Below, piece after piece: positions 9,880 to 19,541 of a stretch of 56,208 bases of DNA. The notes under the pieces are model-generated. The model did not search any database. It saw only the letters and a program-made list of their open reading frames with translations, and had not been told where the DNA came from. Location of the stretch: positions 1 to 56,208 of the IMG/VR virus record IMGVR_UViG_3300042465_002123. One strand, given 5' to 3'. The stretch is from a virus (lineage: Duplodnaviria > Caudoviricetes). Position 1 is the first letter of the stretch. Each line of letters begins with the position of its first letter. The position numbers and the translations under genes were made by a program.

Positions 9880-10114
9880 TTTTCATCTCCATCATGCGGT
9901 CGAGCTTCTCGCCCAGCTTGTCAATCCGGTCGAGCACGCGGTTGATGTCCGCATGCACCTCAGCCTTGGTGACGTACTCCTTGGCGACTTCTTCGCGGGT
10001 ACGGTTCAACAGGATCGTGACGCGCTGAAGCTCAGCGGCCTTTTCCCGCAAGATCCAACCCAGCACCGAAGTTGCCATGGTCAAGCCCGCGATCCATATC
10101 GAACTTAGTTCCAT
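9869..10114 (-). CDS. Small protein with N-terminal hydrophobic helix and coiled coil
   Basis: 81 aa; hydrophobic residues 5-21, then EEVAKEYVTK..RIDKL..KLDR. Confidence 0.65.
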   Translation of the reverse strand: MELSSIWIAGLTMATSVLGWILREKAAELQRVTILLNRTREEVAKEYVTKAEVHADINRVLDRIDKLGEKLDRMMEMKSAQ

Positions 10115-10117
10115 GGT

Positions 10118-10897
10118 TTAGTCCGGGTTTTTTATGTAAATACCTTCAAACTCAGCGGACACGTTTGAAGCCCCCGCCGAAGCAATCGCCCTAATTTCAA
10201 TGTCTGTCTTTTCAGTAAAAGCAAGGGGGGTGTGTAGGTCAACCACAAAGTCTCCGTTACCGGGGGTGCGCGCTGAACTTTGTATTCTAAAAACACCACC
10301 AAGTGGGCGTTGAATCAATTGAAAGTTGGTCGATGCGTTTGCGGTTGAGTTTGCGGATGTGAAGAAAACTCCCATCAAATACAAGGTGTACCCTGCTGGC
10401 ACTGTCCAGAATGCCATTTGTGTTTGGTTTGCGGTAAGTGTAATCATGCCGTACACGGTTGCAGGCACGCCAGAAGTAACAGTGCCAGTGCCAGCGTAAA
10501 TAGTTCCTGCGGCAGTTGCACCAGAACCTGCTGTGGTCACATACATACGCGAAATACGCAAGTAACTGTTGCCAGTGTTGACTGCTGTTTGCCCATTTAA
10601 AAGGACAGATTCGCTAATTTCGTTGTAATCAGCGTCAAGACCAAAAATAGCAATTGTTCTTGCGCCAGTTCCAGCAGAAGTATCGTCTGCGCTTGAACTG
10701 GAAATTTTCATCACAGTGGCAGCGGCTGGGTATACGTACGTCCCACCTTGCGCCCAAACTGTTTCAACAGATGTGCCAACATCGCCGTTGATGCCAAATT
10801 TAAATAAGGTTTTGTGACCGTCAACTTGCCCACGGGCTACTTGCAGTTCAAACGGCTCATATGCGCCTTGGCGCGTTGCGGAAGAATAGGTACCCAT
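10118..10897 (-). CDS. Virion structural protein (beta-rich)
   Basis: 259 aa. LQVARGQVDGH..FKFG.N.DV..ETVW pattern; AGGA RBS; lies in the head gene block. Confidence 0.6.
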   Translation of the reverse strand: MGTYSSATRQGAYEPFELQVARGQVDGHKTLFKFGINGDVGTSVETVWAQGGTYVYPAAATVMKISSSSADDTSAGTGARTIAIFGLDADYNEISESVLLNGQTAVNTGNSYLRISRMYVTTAGSGATAAGTIYAGTGTVTSGVPATVYGMITLTANQTQMAFWTVPAGYTLYLMGVFFTSANSTANASTNFQLIQRPLGGVFRIQSSARTPGNGDFVVDLHTPLAFTEKTDIEIRAIASAGASNVSAEFEGIYIKNPD

Positions 10898-10908
10898 GAT
10901 GTTTCCTT

Positions 10909-10934
10909 AAAAAAGTGGGGGCCGGAGCCCCCAC
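10909..10934 (-). terminator. Intrinsic terminator
   Basis: GTGGGGGC-CGGA-GCCCCCAC hairpin with an A6 run on the + strand (U-tract on -), right after the stop at 10937. Confidence 0.8.
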
Positions 10935-10936
10935 CA

Positions 10937-12070
10937 TTATCGCTTAGCGCTACCGCCCCGTTTACGGGCCATAGGAGGGTTGATAAACCCCCTGCCGGCT
11001 CCCGCTTCGGGTTTGATGCCAAGTAGCTTCTTGATCGCGGAGTACGCTGTGCTTGGGGCGTTACGAATTGTGTTCGCCACGTCCATGTCATCAGCATACT
11101 TATCGCGAGTAGTTGCGTCATAGGCACCTTTGGTCATGTCCCTTGTCATCGAAGAAGCACTTTGAGGCATTGCATCTTCTAACCCACCGCCGGCAAATTT
11201 CCCTACCTTGCCACCCTTTTTAAAGGTGCCAGATTGGGCAGTGTTGCTGACAGGCTTGGAGACAGGGTGCTCAGGCATTGCTACGGCGCGGCCAGCGTTA
11301 TTAACACTGCCCCCCGTAGCGAAATGCTTTTTTGCAGCACCGCCTTTTTTGTAGCCGCCGCCGTTGCCCAGCTTCACATCACCAGTTGGTGCAGAGTTGG
11401 TGTCCGCCTTGGCCGTGCTCATCTTGGTGCTGCCCTTTTTGGACATGATGATGCCGCCTTCTTTGAAGCCGCCCTGACCGTTCACAACGCCACCAGTGGC
11501 GTAGTTACCGGGCTTTGCGGACTTCATGATGCCGCCGGTCTTCAACTTCAACGAAGTACCTTTGCCACCCATGTGCTCTTGCGCGTCATGCTGCTTGAAG
11601 GCCTTTTTGATCATGGCCTTGTCTTCAGCTGTGTCGCTGGCTTTGCCGCCTTTTTTCATGGCAGACATGCCACCCATAGCCGGAGCTGCGGGAAGGGCAC
11701 CAGCAATCGCTGGACGAGTGCCACGGGCTTTCATTGCGCGAAGCATTGCGGCCTTGCGCGGGTCCATCATGCCACCCATAGGAGCACCCATCATGCCGCC
11801 CATGGCCTTCTTGTCTACTTTGCCGCCCTTTTTGGAGTTCAGCATAGCGCCCGACATAGCCTTGCGGCGTTCAGACATTGAAGGTTTTTGGGGAGCGCAA
11901 CCGTCTTCAGCAGCATCTTCGGCCTTGGATGACATGAAGGCTTTACCCTTCATGTTCATGTGACCGTCAGCGTCCTTGTGCTCGGAAGCAACGTGACCAC
12001 CTTTTTTGAGCTTCAGAATAACTGAAGGCTCAGTGGTCTCCATCTTCACCATTGGTTTGAATTGACCCAT
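10937..12070 (-). CDS. Lys/Met/Gly-rich protein with about 12 xxGG repeats (putative internal capsid protein)
   Basis: Start moved to MGQFKPM (12070), which has an AGGAG RBS. Motifs: LKKGGHV, SKKGGKV, KAMGGMM, MKKGGKA, LKTGGIM, YATGGVV, FKEGGII, YKKGGAA, FATGGSV, FKKGGKV, FAGGGLE, RKRGGSA. Confidence 0.75.
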   Translation of the reverse strand: MGQFKPMVKMETTEPSVILKLKKGGHVASEHKDADGHMNMKGKAFMSSKAEDAAEDGCAPQKPSMSERRKAMSGAMLNSKKGGKVDKKAMGGMMGAPMGGMMDPRKAAMLRAMKARGTRPAIAGALPAAPAMGGMSAMKKGGKASDTAEDKAMIKKAFKQHDAQEHMGGKGTSLKLKTGGIMKSAKPGNYATGGVVNGQGGFKEGGIIMSKKGSTKMSTAKADTNSAPTGDVKLGNGGGYKKGGAAKKHFATGGSVNNAGRAVAMPEHPVSKPVSNTAQSGTFKKGGKVGKFAGGGLEDAMPQSASSMTRDMTKGAYDATTRDKYADDMDVANTIRNAPSTAYSAIKKLLGIKPEAGAGRGFINPPMARKRGGSAKR

Positions 12071-12080
12071 GTCGCTCTCC

Positions 12081-13058
12081 TTATGCTTGTGTGACGCCAA
12101 GAGCGCCAATACGGGTTGCATTCGGGCCTGCCGCAATTGCTGGCAGGGCTATTCCCATCACAAGGCGCTTGATGCCGTCCGCCGCCGAAGATGGCAAATA
12201 AGTACCTCGCACATCACCTGTGGTCGTAGTGGCCGTCAACGTAGCGGCAACAGTCATAGTGCCAGCATCTTCAGCCAAGGTGTTATCCCAGCCAGCTCGA
12301 GTAACGTAACCCCTATCAGTAATACGCAATGGCGCACCCAAGATGTCGGTTGTACCTACCGCAACAGTTACCACGCTTGCGCCAGAAGAGACAACACTGG
12401 CAATTTGGTAAAAGGCTTTTTTACCACTGACAGTTGTTGATGCCACTGTTCCTGTTGCAATTACCTCGCTCATGGCTTGACCGTAGTAGTCGTAACCAGA
12501 AACAGTAATGTTGACAGAAGTTGGAGAACCAGCACCAGTGGTTGTAGACACAGCACGAGGGCAGTCAAGTTGCAAGCCTGTTGCACCGCCTGTAATCGTG
12601 GCGGATGTAACACCAGCACCTGCGGCAAGCGTGAGCGTGGTAGCAGTTGTGATGACAGCCGCAACAATGTTGGTTGTCAGTTTTGCTTGTGGTACAGCGT
12701 CCCAAATATAGACACGACCCAACGGGCCAACACCTACGCTCATTGGGGATGGGTTTTGCAACAAAGCATTACCAGAACCAATGATGGTGGCGCTTGCTAC
12801 AGTTTGCGAAGCGCTTACCGTGTAAGTGCCTGTGCCGCCAGAGCCCGTACCGAAAGCGGTAATGTAGGTTCCATTGGTGAGTGACGTTGAACTGTCAATA
12901 AACATACCAACAATAATTGGGTCACCAGAAAGCATTGCGGTGACGGTCAATGTAGTGGTAGCAATTGAGCCAGTAAAGGTTGAAACAGCAGGGTAGGCGT
13001 CCATACCTTGAACGGTAATAGCGGAACCCAAAAACAGGTCGTCAGAAAACTGGGGCAT
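12081..13058 (-). CDS. Putative capsid decoration / minor head protein
   Basis: Start at MPQFSDDL with an AAGGAG RBS; Thr/Ala/Gly-rich beta protein immediately after the major capsid gene. Confidence 0.6.
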   Translation of the reverse strand: MPQFSDDLFLGSAITVQGMDAYPAVSTFTGSIATTTLTVTAMLSGDPIIVGMFIDSSTSLTNGTYITAFGTGSGGTGTYTVSASQTVASATIIGSGNALLQNPSPMSVGVGPLGRVYIWDAVPQAKLTTNIVAAVITTATTLTLAAGAGVTSATITGGATGLQLDCPRAVSTTTGAGSPTSVNITVSGYDYYGQAMSEVIATGTVASTTVSGKKAFYQIASVVSSGASVVTVAVGTTDILGAPLRITDRGYVTRAGWDNTLAEDAGTMTVAATLTATTTTGDVRGTYLPSSAADGIKRLVMGIALPAIAAGPNATRIGALGVTQA

Positions 13059-13090
13059 GGTCTGCTCCTTGAAAAGTTTGACCAAACATT

Positions 13091-13122
13091 AAAAAAAAGG
13101 GGCTGGCTTTTACACCAGCCCT
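13091..13122 (-). terminator. Intrinsic terminator after the major capsid gene
   Basis: GGGCTGG...CCAGCCC stem next to an A8 run on the + strand. Confidence 0.8.
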
Positions 13123-13128
13123 GTTGCT

Positions 13129-14043
13129 TTAGATACCCGGCGTGCCGTAAGCGGCGCGTGGGTCTGTAAAGCCAACGTCGTAACGCTCAGTGGCCTTGTA
13201 GCGCATAGAGTCGGTCTCGAAATCACCTTCCATGGTTTTCTCGAGGCGACGACGCATGAGCAGCTTAAAGCCTTCTGGTGCATCAGTCTGAACCCAAAAC
13301 GCAGTAGGGCTGGTCAGACGGCTCAGAACAGCAGCGCCCTCGTCCAACAAACCAATGGATTTCACTGGGTTGATGTCGTTGTTGGCGTTGCCGGTGCGCA
13401 GAACCGATTTCAGCAGAACTTCAGCTTGGAAGATGTTGCCCGGGGCGACGATCAGCTGGCGTGGCACCAGACGGATCTTCTTGCCGTTGTTGTCAACGGC
13501 TTGACGCACTTGGATCAGCATCTGCTCGAGCGAGGTCTGCGACAGGTTGGCAGCAGTAGCCAACTGGTTGCTGAACACGCCGTTCACAATTGGGTGCGAA
13601 GTGCTGATCAGCGGCACGCCATCACCACTGTTCGTGGTGTTGGTGAACGCTGTGTTCAACACGTTAGCCGACAGCAGTTCTTTGGTTTCCACCAGAGACT
13701 GTGCCAGATGGCGTGCATACACTTGGCCCAAACGGATGTGATCGCCGTCTTCCACCAGCACTTTGGTCAGGGCAAAAGCCAGACCGTAGACGCGGTAGAC
13801 GTAGCGCTTGAGGAACAACACACCACCTTGTTGGTACGTGACCGGAGTGCCGTCAGGCAGCTGAGGTGCAGCACCGAAACCGTACAGGACGGGTTCTTCG
13901 TGGTAGTTGCGTGGGATGCCGTCTTCTTGGCGGAACACACGGCTCCACTCATCGGCGCGTTGGTCGTAAACACCATCGAAACATTCGTTCAGGATTGGTT
14001 CAACAATCGAACGAAAGTCCGTACTTCTCATTGGAGCAGCCAT
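13129..14043 (-). CDS. Major capsid protein (HK97 fold, Mu gpT-like family)
   Basis: 304 aa. GFGAAP..PDGT.V.Y, YGLAF.LT...VEDG, GDGVPL.S.SHP, P.QLIV.P, DFETD.MRYKA.ERY..G..DPR..YG. Followed by a terminator. Confidence 0.85.
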   Translation of the reverse strand: MAAPMRSTDFRSIVEPILNECFDGVYDQRADEWSRVFRQEDGIPRNYHEEPVLYGFGAAPQLPDGTPVTYQQGGVLFLKRYVYRVYGLAFALTKVLVEDGDHIRLGQVYARHLAQSLVETKELLSANVLNTAFTNTTNSGDGVPLISTSHPIVNGVFSNQLATAANLSQTSLEQMLIQVRQAVDNNGKKIRLVPRQLIVAPGNIFQAEVLLKSVLRTGNANNDINPVKSIGLLDEGAAVLSRLTSPTAFWVQTDAPEGFKLLMRRRLEKTMEGDFETDSMRYKATERYDVGFTDPRAAYGTPGI

Positions 14044-14059
14044 TTTTTAGACTCCCGTA

Positions 14060-14656
14060 TTAAGCAATTGCGGTGAAAGCACCGAAGAATTGCGATTGTG
14101 AAACAACAACGCGAACGATTGGGAACGCATCGCCCCAGTCATTGCCCGGATACGGTGCGATGTCCACAACGCGCATCTGACCTTGGTTACCGTTACCAAC
14201 AGCGCCGCCTGCATTCAAAGTGCATTGCGACAAGCCAGTAGTAGTAGAGCCAGCAGTGATGTTGCTGAAGGGGAACTCGTTACCGATAGACGTCTGAGCC
14301 ATTGTGGCATCAGCTTGGATTTCATAAACAATATTGCTATCGTTGTAGAAATAAGCGATGCAAGAACCCGCTTGGAATGCCGTGTTGGCAGGCCAGTAGT
14401 TCGACACACGGCGACGGCCGGTGGTATCCGTAAACTCGACACCAGCAAAGGCGCCAGCAATGGCACCAGAAGTAGTGGCGGGGATGATAGTACCTAAAGT
14501 ACCGCTATTAGCAGTCGTGCCGTACTGAACGGGTTGACCTTTCAAAATTGAGCTGGCGTAGCCAGACACAATACCGTTTGCGAGCGCCTGAGCGCGGTCC
14601 AGACCGGAAGGGTGGAACGCAGGACGCAAGCCAAACGGAGCAGAGGTTGCACTCAT
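14060..14656 (-). CDS. Head-associated (cement/decoration-like) protein
   Basis: 198 aa, starts APFGLRP; directly upstream of the major capsid gene. Confidence 0.6.
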   Translation of the reverse strand: MSATSAPFGLRPAFHPSGLDRAQALANGIVSGYASSILKGQPVQYGTTANSGTLGTIIPATTSGAIAGAFAGVEFTDTTGRRRVSNYWPANTAFQAGSCIAYFYNDSNIVYEIQADATMAQTSIGNEFPFSNITAGSTTTGLSQCTLNAGGAVGNGNQGQMRVVDIAPYPGNDWGDAFPIVRVVVSQSQFFGAFTAIA

Positions 14657-14669
14657 GATAACTCCTTAG

Positions 14670-15215
14670 TTAGCCGGCAAATACCGGCGGGCGATTGGAT
14701 TGCTGATCTACAAAATTACCCATTCCCTCGCCTTCAACTGCTACCAGCGACTTGCCATTGCTGTCCCTTGCACCTTGGAGTTGCTCAACTTGGACGCGGA
14801 TTTTGTCCGATTCCTCGCGGGGCTTGTCGTAGTGCATGTGCGTCATGAGTTCTTGGAAAACATCCATCGGCAATTTGAACAGCAACATTTCGTTGCAGGA
14901 GATGTAGCCAACATGCTCACCGGCCTTCACTCGATAGTCTTCATAGCCGGGTAACTCTTCCGATTTAACGGGTACGTACCCTAGCCGAATCCGCTTATCA
15001 ATGGAGTCGTAGCTGTTGGTTGTTGAAAGCCAGCAGAGATGCCACCCATTTAGGCTGGGCAGTTTAGGCAATGCTGATTGCGTCCACTCTTCGCTCCACA
15101 TTTTCTTACGTTCCTGCGTCGAGATGAACTTATCTTCGGGGGCTGCACGGCTAGCGTCCTCATTACGAGTTTCGCGATTGCCGGCGTTCAAAGATTTCTT
15201 GAGGCGTGATTCCAT
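14670..15215 (-). CDS. Conserved head-module hypothetical protein
   Basis: 181 aa. LP..P...GWHLCW...R.RLGY.PV...EMLLFKLP pattern; lies between scaffold and capsid genes. Confidence 0.7.
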   Translation of the reverse strand: MESRLKKSLNAGNRETRNEDASRAAPEDKFISTQERKKMWSEEWTQSALPKLPSLNGWHLCWLSTTNSYDSIDKRIRLGYVPVKSEELPGYEDYRVKAGEHVGYISCNEMLLFKLPMDVFQELMTHMHYDKPREESDKIRVQVEQLQGARDSNGKSLVAVEGEGMGNFVDQQSNRPPVFAG

Positions 15216-15217
15216 GA

Positions 15218-16174
15218 TTATCGTCCTTGGTTGGTGCGGTCATATTTAATAAAGTTCGCGATCATTGCTTTCTTGCGCTCAGGGTTGTCCCACGCACCAG
15301 CATCCTTCATGGCCCGCACCCTTTCAGGTGAAAGCGTATAAGTTGTCCGGTTCGTGCCCCCGTATGCGGCTGAAGCCTCGCGTCCTGAACTGCCCACAGT
15401 ATTCCTCGGTGATCTAACGGAATCATTCCTGTCAGATGACTTATTATAGTGATGTGGCAAGCGTTTCTGCAAGCGGTTGTCAAGTTCGTCCCAATAATCC
15501 TCTGTACCGGGGTTCCAACCCTCCGCCACCAAGCCCTCGTCGATCAGCTTGGCGATCTTGCTGTCGGTGTCGGAAAGGTCGGGTTTGTACCAGTTATTGC
15601 GCTCAATCCATGTAGCCGCGTTGCGCTGCACGCTGGGGTCAATACGGGGCGCTTCTGCCCGTGGTTGGCCGCTTTGCTTCTTCATGTTTGTCAACTGCTG
15701 GAGCTGCTGACGGGTGTCAAACATCAACTCTTGCGCGCTAACCGCAGCTTCGCCGTCGCCTGCGTTTGTAGCCTCGGCCAACTTCATGCGCGCATACTCC
15801 AGCGCGACTTGTTTGTCCTCGATGGCTTTGTTTAACTGACCCATGTCTTGGGCTTGGGTGCGCTGCTCAACGCTGGACAGCCGGCGTTTGAACTCGTCGT
15901 TCTCGCGGCGAAGCATTTGCAGTTGAACGTCTTTTTCTTCGTTGGTTTTGCGAATGAAGTCCTTTTTCGACCTGCGGCGAGCGCGTCGGGCTGCGCGCAC
16001 TGCCTCGGTGTCATCGGGATGGTCGTCGTCGCCTTCTGGCTCATCCGCCTTGGCCGCAGGGGTTTGATCCTCGTCGTCGTCCGGCGGGACCATGCCCTCG
16101 GGCATGTTGATGGTTGCGGTGCCGTCTTGGCCCTCTTCGACGTGCATTTCGTCGTCTTTTGGTGCTGTTGCCAT
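15218..16174 (-). CDS. Putative scaffolding protein
   Basis: 318 aa. Acidic N-terminus, coiled coil, W..RN.W and YWDELD.RL, basic C-terminal helix; position upstream of the capsid genes. Confidence 0.7.
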   Translation of the reverse strand: MATAPKDDEMHVEEGQDGTATINMPEGMVPPDDDEDQTPAAKADEPEGDDDHPDDTEAVRAARRARRRSKKDFIRKTNEEKDVQLQMLRRENDEFKRRLSSVEQRTQAQDMGQLNKAIEDKQVALEYARMKLAEATNAGDGEAAVSAQELMFDTRQQLQQLTNMKKQSGQPRAEAPRIDPSVQRNAATWIERNNWYKPDLSDTDSKIAKLIDEGLVAEGWNPGTEDYWDELDNRLQKRLPHHYNKSSDRNDSVRSPRNTVGSSGREASAAYGGTNRTTYTLSPERVRAMKDAGAWDNPERKKAMIANFIKYDRTNQGR

Positions 16175-16183
16175 GGTATTTCC

Positions 16184-16645
16184 TTAAACGTAGGCTTTGA
16201 ACGACAGCGGGTCATCGGTGACTCGCGCAATCAGTTCGTGGTCATTGATAGTCATGAACAGCACAGGATCTTCCATGCCGTCCTCCCCCGGAACCGGGCG
16301 TTCCCAGCGGTCGCCACCCCAGCGGGGTACGCGGACATAGTCACCTTCGTTAGCCCAGCTACCTTCAGGCCATGAGGCCATCGTGTCGCGGTTCTTGAAT
16401 GCCAAGGGGCCAACTGCAATAACTTTGCCGATCATGTTGTTCCACTTCTCCGCTTCTTTGGTCTCGGAAACCAAAATAATCCGACTGCCGGAGGCAGTCT
16501 TCTTAATGCGTCGAAGCTGGACAATGATGCGGCCACCAAAGGGTGCTTGACCCGGGTTTACGTCTGGAAATGCCCATGCCAATTCGGCAGGATCAGACGC
16601 GCCTTGACTACCCTCGACGAGGGTAATTTTATGCTCTTCACTCAT
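16184..16645 (-). CDS. GroES/Cpn10-like co-chaperonin
   Basis: Start MSEEHK with an AGGAG RBS. PFGGRIIVQ..KKTASGSRIIL..GKVIAVGPLA..GDYV...INDHELIARV matches the Cpn10 pattern. Confidence 0.85.
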   Translation of the reverse strand: MSEEHKITLVEGSQGASDPAELAWAFPDVNPGQAPFGGRIIVQLRRIKKTASGSRIILVSETKEAEKWNNMIGKVIAVGPLAFKNRDTMASWPEGSWANEGDYVRVPRWGGDRWERPVPGEDGMEDPVLFMTINDHELIARVTDDPLSFKAYV

Positions 16646-16663
16646 ACTAACTCTCCTAACTAA

Positions 16664-16702
16664 AAACCATATTTCAGGTTTGACGTGCGCATATTTCAGC
16701 GC
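16664..16702 (-). promoter_or_regulatory. Twin stem-loops with an identical UGAAAUAU loop in the groES-like leader
   Basis: Minus strand reads GCGC-TGAAATAT-GCGC (16702-16687) and AAACC-TGAAATAT-GGTTT (16681-16664). Confidence 0.6.
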
Positions 16703-16721
16703 GGCTTGGGGCCTTGCGGCC

Positions 16722-16892
16722 TTATTCGTTCTCGGCGAGTTTTGCGTTGAGGGTGTCCAAGGTCCATTGCAGACCCTGATACTCACCCACAACGCGCATG
16801 TAAATCTCGTAATCGCTTACGGGATTTTCCACCAACGACATGCGGATTTCCGCCTGCCGATGTTTAAGCTGATGAATCAGCTCTACGATCAT
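16722..16892 (-). CDS. Small 56-aa protein (not in the ORF track)
   Basis: MIVELIHQLKHRQAEIRMSLVENPVSDYEIYMRVVGEYQGLQWTLDTLNAKLAENE; ATGA overlap with the upstream gene. Confidence 0.75.
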   Translation of the reverse strand: MIVELIHQLKHRQAEIRMSLVENPVSDYEIYMRVVGEYQGLQWTLDTLNAKLAENE

Positions 16893-17056
16893 TTATTCTT
16901 CTTGGCAACTTGGCTCAGGCCACCGACCGGCTTGGAGCCAGAGGTCTTGCCTTCGCCCTTGGCTTGCAAGCTGGTGCCGTCCAGCTTTGCGCCCATCGCA
17001 AGGCGTTTGTGCATGGGCACGTTAATGCCCTTTTGTTCTTGATCAGACGTTGCCAT
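16889..17056 (-). CDS. Small basic 55-aa protein
   Basis: MATSDQEQKG start with an AGGAG RBS directly after the portal stop. Confidence 0.65.
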   Translation of the reverse strand: MATSDQEQKGINVPMHKRLAMGAKLDGTSLQAKGEGKTSGSKPVGGLSQVAKKNK

Positions 17057-17057
17057 A

Positions 17058-19541
17058 TTAAACTCCTTCAGGTGGCATAAATGCCGGTTGGTTAAGCGAT
17101 TCGTGCGCCATTCTAGCTTGCTCAATCTGTAACTTGGCTTGATTGTTTATCTCAGCAATCTGTAACTGCAAATCGTTGTCGGCTTGCGTTTCCTGAGCCT
17201 TGGCCTGCATTTGGGCTTGAGCGCGCTGCTGGCCGTCTTGCAGCTTGGCTTGGGCAATCTGCCCGTCCTGCTGGTCCTTGGCGGCTTTGCGCTGGGTCTC
17301 GGCCATGGCGGTGTCTTTGACAACCTGAGCGTCGGGCGGCAGCTGGGGCTGGGGCTTGTTCTGCTGCATGATCTGCGTGAGCTGCTGGAGCTGGGGCATG
17401 ATCTGCGCAAATACCTGCTCGCTGTCCAGCGCAACGTGCTGGCCGACGGTGGCGTACAGCTTGTCAATGGTCGCCGTCAGGGCTGGGTTCTCGTAGTCGT
17501 CCACCGGCTTGCCGCGCAAGTTTTCCACGTAGCCGTTCATGCGGTTCAGATACCACAGCGTCATGTGCTGCTTGATGTGCTCCACCGCGTTGGGCAGGAA
17601 CTGGGGCGCGATAAACGGGTTGGCACCAAAGGACGGGTCCATGCCGAACATCAAGTGGCCTTGGATGTGCGCGATGTGGTCCTGCTGCATGTAGGCATAC
17701 GCAGTGTGCCCGATAGCCATGGCCGCGTTCTCGTCGGCCAGCGTGCGCTGCTCGGGGGCTGGCACGTTCTTGAGCAGCTCGTCGACATTGGGTATCTTGA
17801 GCTGCTTGAGGAAGCGCTCCTCGACAGCCTTGGCCTCGTACAGGTCAGGTTTGGAGTCCGCACGGGACAGCACGGCCTGCATCTGCGCCATGCGCTGGGT
17901 CTCGCTGAAGATGTGCGGGTCGCTGACCGGGATGACATCAGTGTTTTTCAGGAAGTCATCGCGCTCGATTTCAAGGTCCGCGACCATGTCGCCCTTGCGC
18001 ATCTCGTCAAAGTGCCAGCGGTTCAGGCGGCAGAGCACTTTAATCAAGCGGGCTTGCGACTGGTGCAGGCGCGCATGGATGGCCGAGTAGACAGCAGCGC
18101 CTTGCTCGATCAGGGCCTGCGTGGTGCCCACAGGGGCGTTGGCGTTGACATCGGCGATCTTCTCTTCACTGGTAGTGACCACGCCCTTGGCCGCGCTGTC
18201 CAGCCAGCCAAGCAGCTGGAACAGAACCTGCGACGGTGGGTTGAACGGCATCGGCATGGCAATCTTGCGGATGTCGTCCACGCCGGGTGCGCCCTCGATC
18301 TCGGCCACCTGAGTGACCTCGATCTGCTGGGTCTGGCCGCTGATCTTCGCGCCCTTGAGCTTGAGCATGGTAGCGGCGTTGTTGATGTGCGCAGAGTCCA
18401 GCAGGGCCCGCAGGGAACCCGTCAGGGCCGCGCTCAGGCCACCAATGAGGTGAGGTAGCCCGATGGCAAACACGCCGCGCCACGGGATGAACTTGAATTC
18501 AATGATCCAGTCCAGCTTGTCCATGGTCTCGTCGCCCTCTTCCCAGTTACGGTAGAGGCCGATGACTTCATTGCTTTGCTCGTCCACCATCATGATGTAC
18601 GGAGCCATCTCGCCCTTGGAAAACTTGTCTTCGTTAAATTCCAAATGGGTGTAGATGTGGAAGACCTTGCGCAGGCCGTCCTCGTTGTCTTGGAACTTGC
18701 GGCCCTCGATCTTGTCGTTGGCCTTCTGGGCGCGGCTTTGCTCGGGTTCCATGGAGGTGGCAAACGAGCCGCCTTCCTTGTACATGCCGTTGGTCACGCG
18801 CCGGTTGTATTCCCACTCGGTAATCTCGTGGACCTCGGCCATGCGCTGGGCCGTGTAGAAGTTCGATGCCGCAAACGGCAAGATCACGCGGTCAATGGGC
18901 AAAAACTCGATGACCGGGCGCTTCTTCTGCTCGTCGTACCAGAGCTTGAGATACTGCGAGCCGCCCAGCGGCAGCTGAGTCAGCATCTGCTCTTGCTCGT
19001 CGCGGAACTCTTCGATCTGCTCGGTAATCTGCCAGTTTAGGAAGTCCCGCTTGCGCTCAGCGCGCTGGGTTTTCAACTCGTCAACAGCGCCAAGGATCTT
19101 GGTGCGGACGGGGCCGTCTGGTGGATACAGCTCTTTGATGGCACGGGACGCAAAGTCCACGCAGCCCTCGGCCATGACCGGGTGGACGGCGCGGCTGGCG
19201 CCCATGAAGTTCGCGCCGCCGGGGGCGTCCTTGCCCAATCCGGTGCGCTTGAGGCCTTCCTCGTACTGTTTGTCGCGCTCCTCACGGGCGTTCTTGTCCT
19301 TGTCTAACAGCTCGATGTAGCGCATCGCCAGCGTGTCAAGGTCGTGGCTGTCCGTGTTTTCGGCCATGTTCGCGTAGAAGTCGGGAGACTGCTCGGGGCC
19401 TTTGGTTTCCATGTCCACAATGACCGAGCCGTCCGGCATCTCGGTCAGCTCAGTAAATTCCTCGTCCAGATCAACTTCGGCCGAGCCGTCCTCGTTGAGG
19501 GACTCGTCGGGCAGGTTCTCGTCGTCTTGGGGGTTCATCAT
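17058..19541 (-). CDS. Portal protein
   Basis: 827 aa. GASRAVHPVMAE..VDF.SRA.KEL.P..GPVRT.I.G, L..LPL.GS.Y.K.WYD, Gln-rich C-terminal barrel; position after the terminase. Confidence 0.88.
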   Translation of the reverse strand: MMNPQDDENLPDESLNEDGSAEVDLDEEFTELTEMPDGSVIVDMETKGPEQSPDFYANMAENTDSHDLDTLAMRYIELLDKDKNAREERDKQYEEGLKRTGLGKDAPGGANFMGASRAVHPVMAEGCVDFASRAIKELYPPDGPVRTKILGAVDELKTQRAERKRDFLNWQITEQIEEFRDEQEQMLTQLPLGGSQYLKLWYDEQKKRPVIEFLPIDRVILPFAASNFYTAQRMAEVHEITEWEYNRRVTNGMYKEGGSFATSMEPEQSRAQKANDKIEGRKFQDNEDGLRKVFHIYTHLEFNEDKFSKGEMAPYIMMVDEQSNEVIGLYRNWEEGDETMDKLDWIIEFKFIPWRGVFAIGLPHLIGGLSAALTGSLRALLDSAHINNAATMLKLKGAKISGQTQQIEVTQVAEIEGAPGVDDIRKIAMPMPFNPPSQVLFQLLGWLDSAAKGVVTTSEEKIADVNANAPVGTTQALIEQGAAVYSAIHARLHQSQARLIKVLCRLNRWHFDEMRKGDMVADLEIERDDFLKNTDVIPVSDPHIFSETQRMAQMQAVLSRADSKPDLYEAKAVEERFLKQLKIPNVDELLKNVPAPEQRTLADENAAMAIGHTAYAYMQQDHIAHIQGHLMFGMDPSFGANPFIAPQFLPNAVEHIKQHMTLWYLNRMNGYVENLRGKPVDDYENPALTATIDKLYATVGQHVALDSEQVFAQIMPQLQQLTQIMQQNKPQPQLPPDAQVVKDTAMAETQRKAAKDQQDGQIAQAKLQDGQQRAQAQMQAKAQETQADNDLQLQIAEINNQAKLQIEQARMAHESLNQPAFMPPEGV

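Noticed and set aside
17184-18458. Long plus-strand ORFs opposite portal, terminase and DUF932 (also 22762-23730, 25958-27232, 30272-31342)
   Set aside because: Antisense shadows of GC3-rich genes; no RBS or recognisable motifs.
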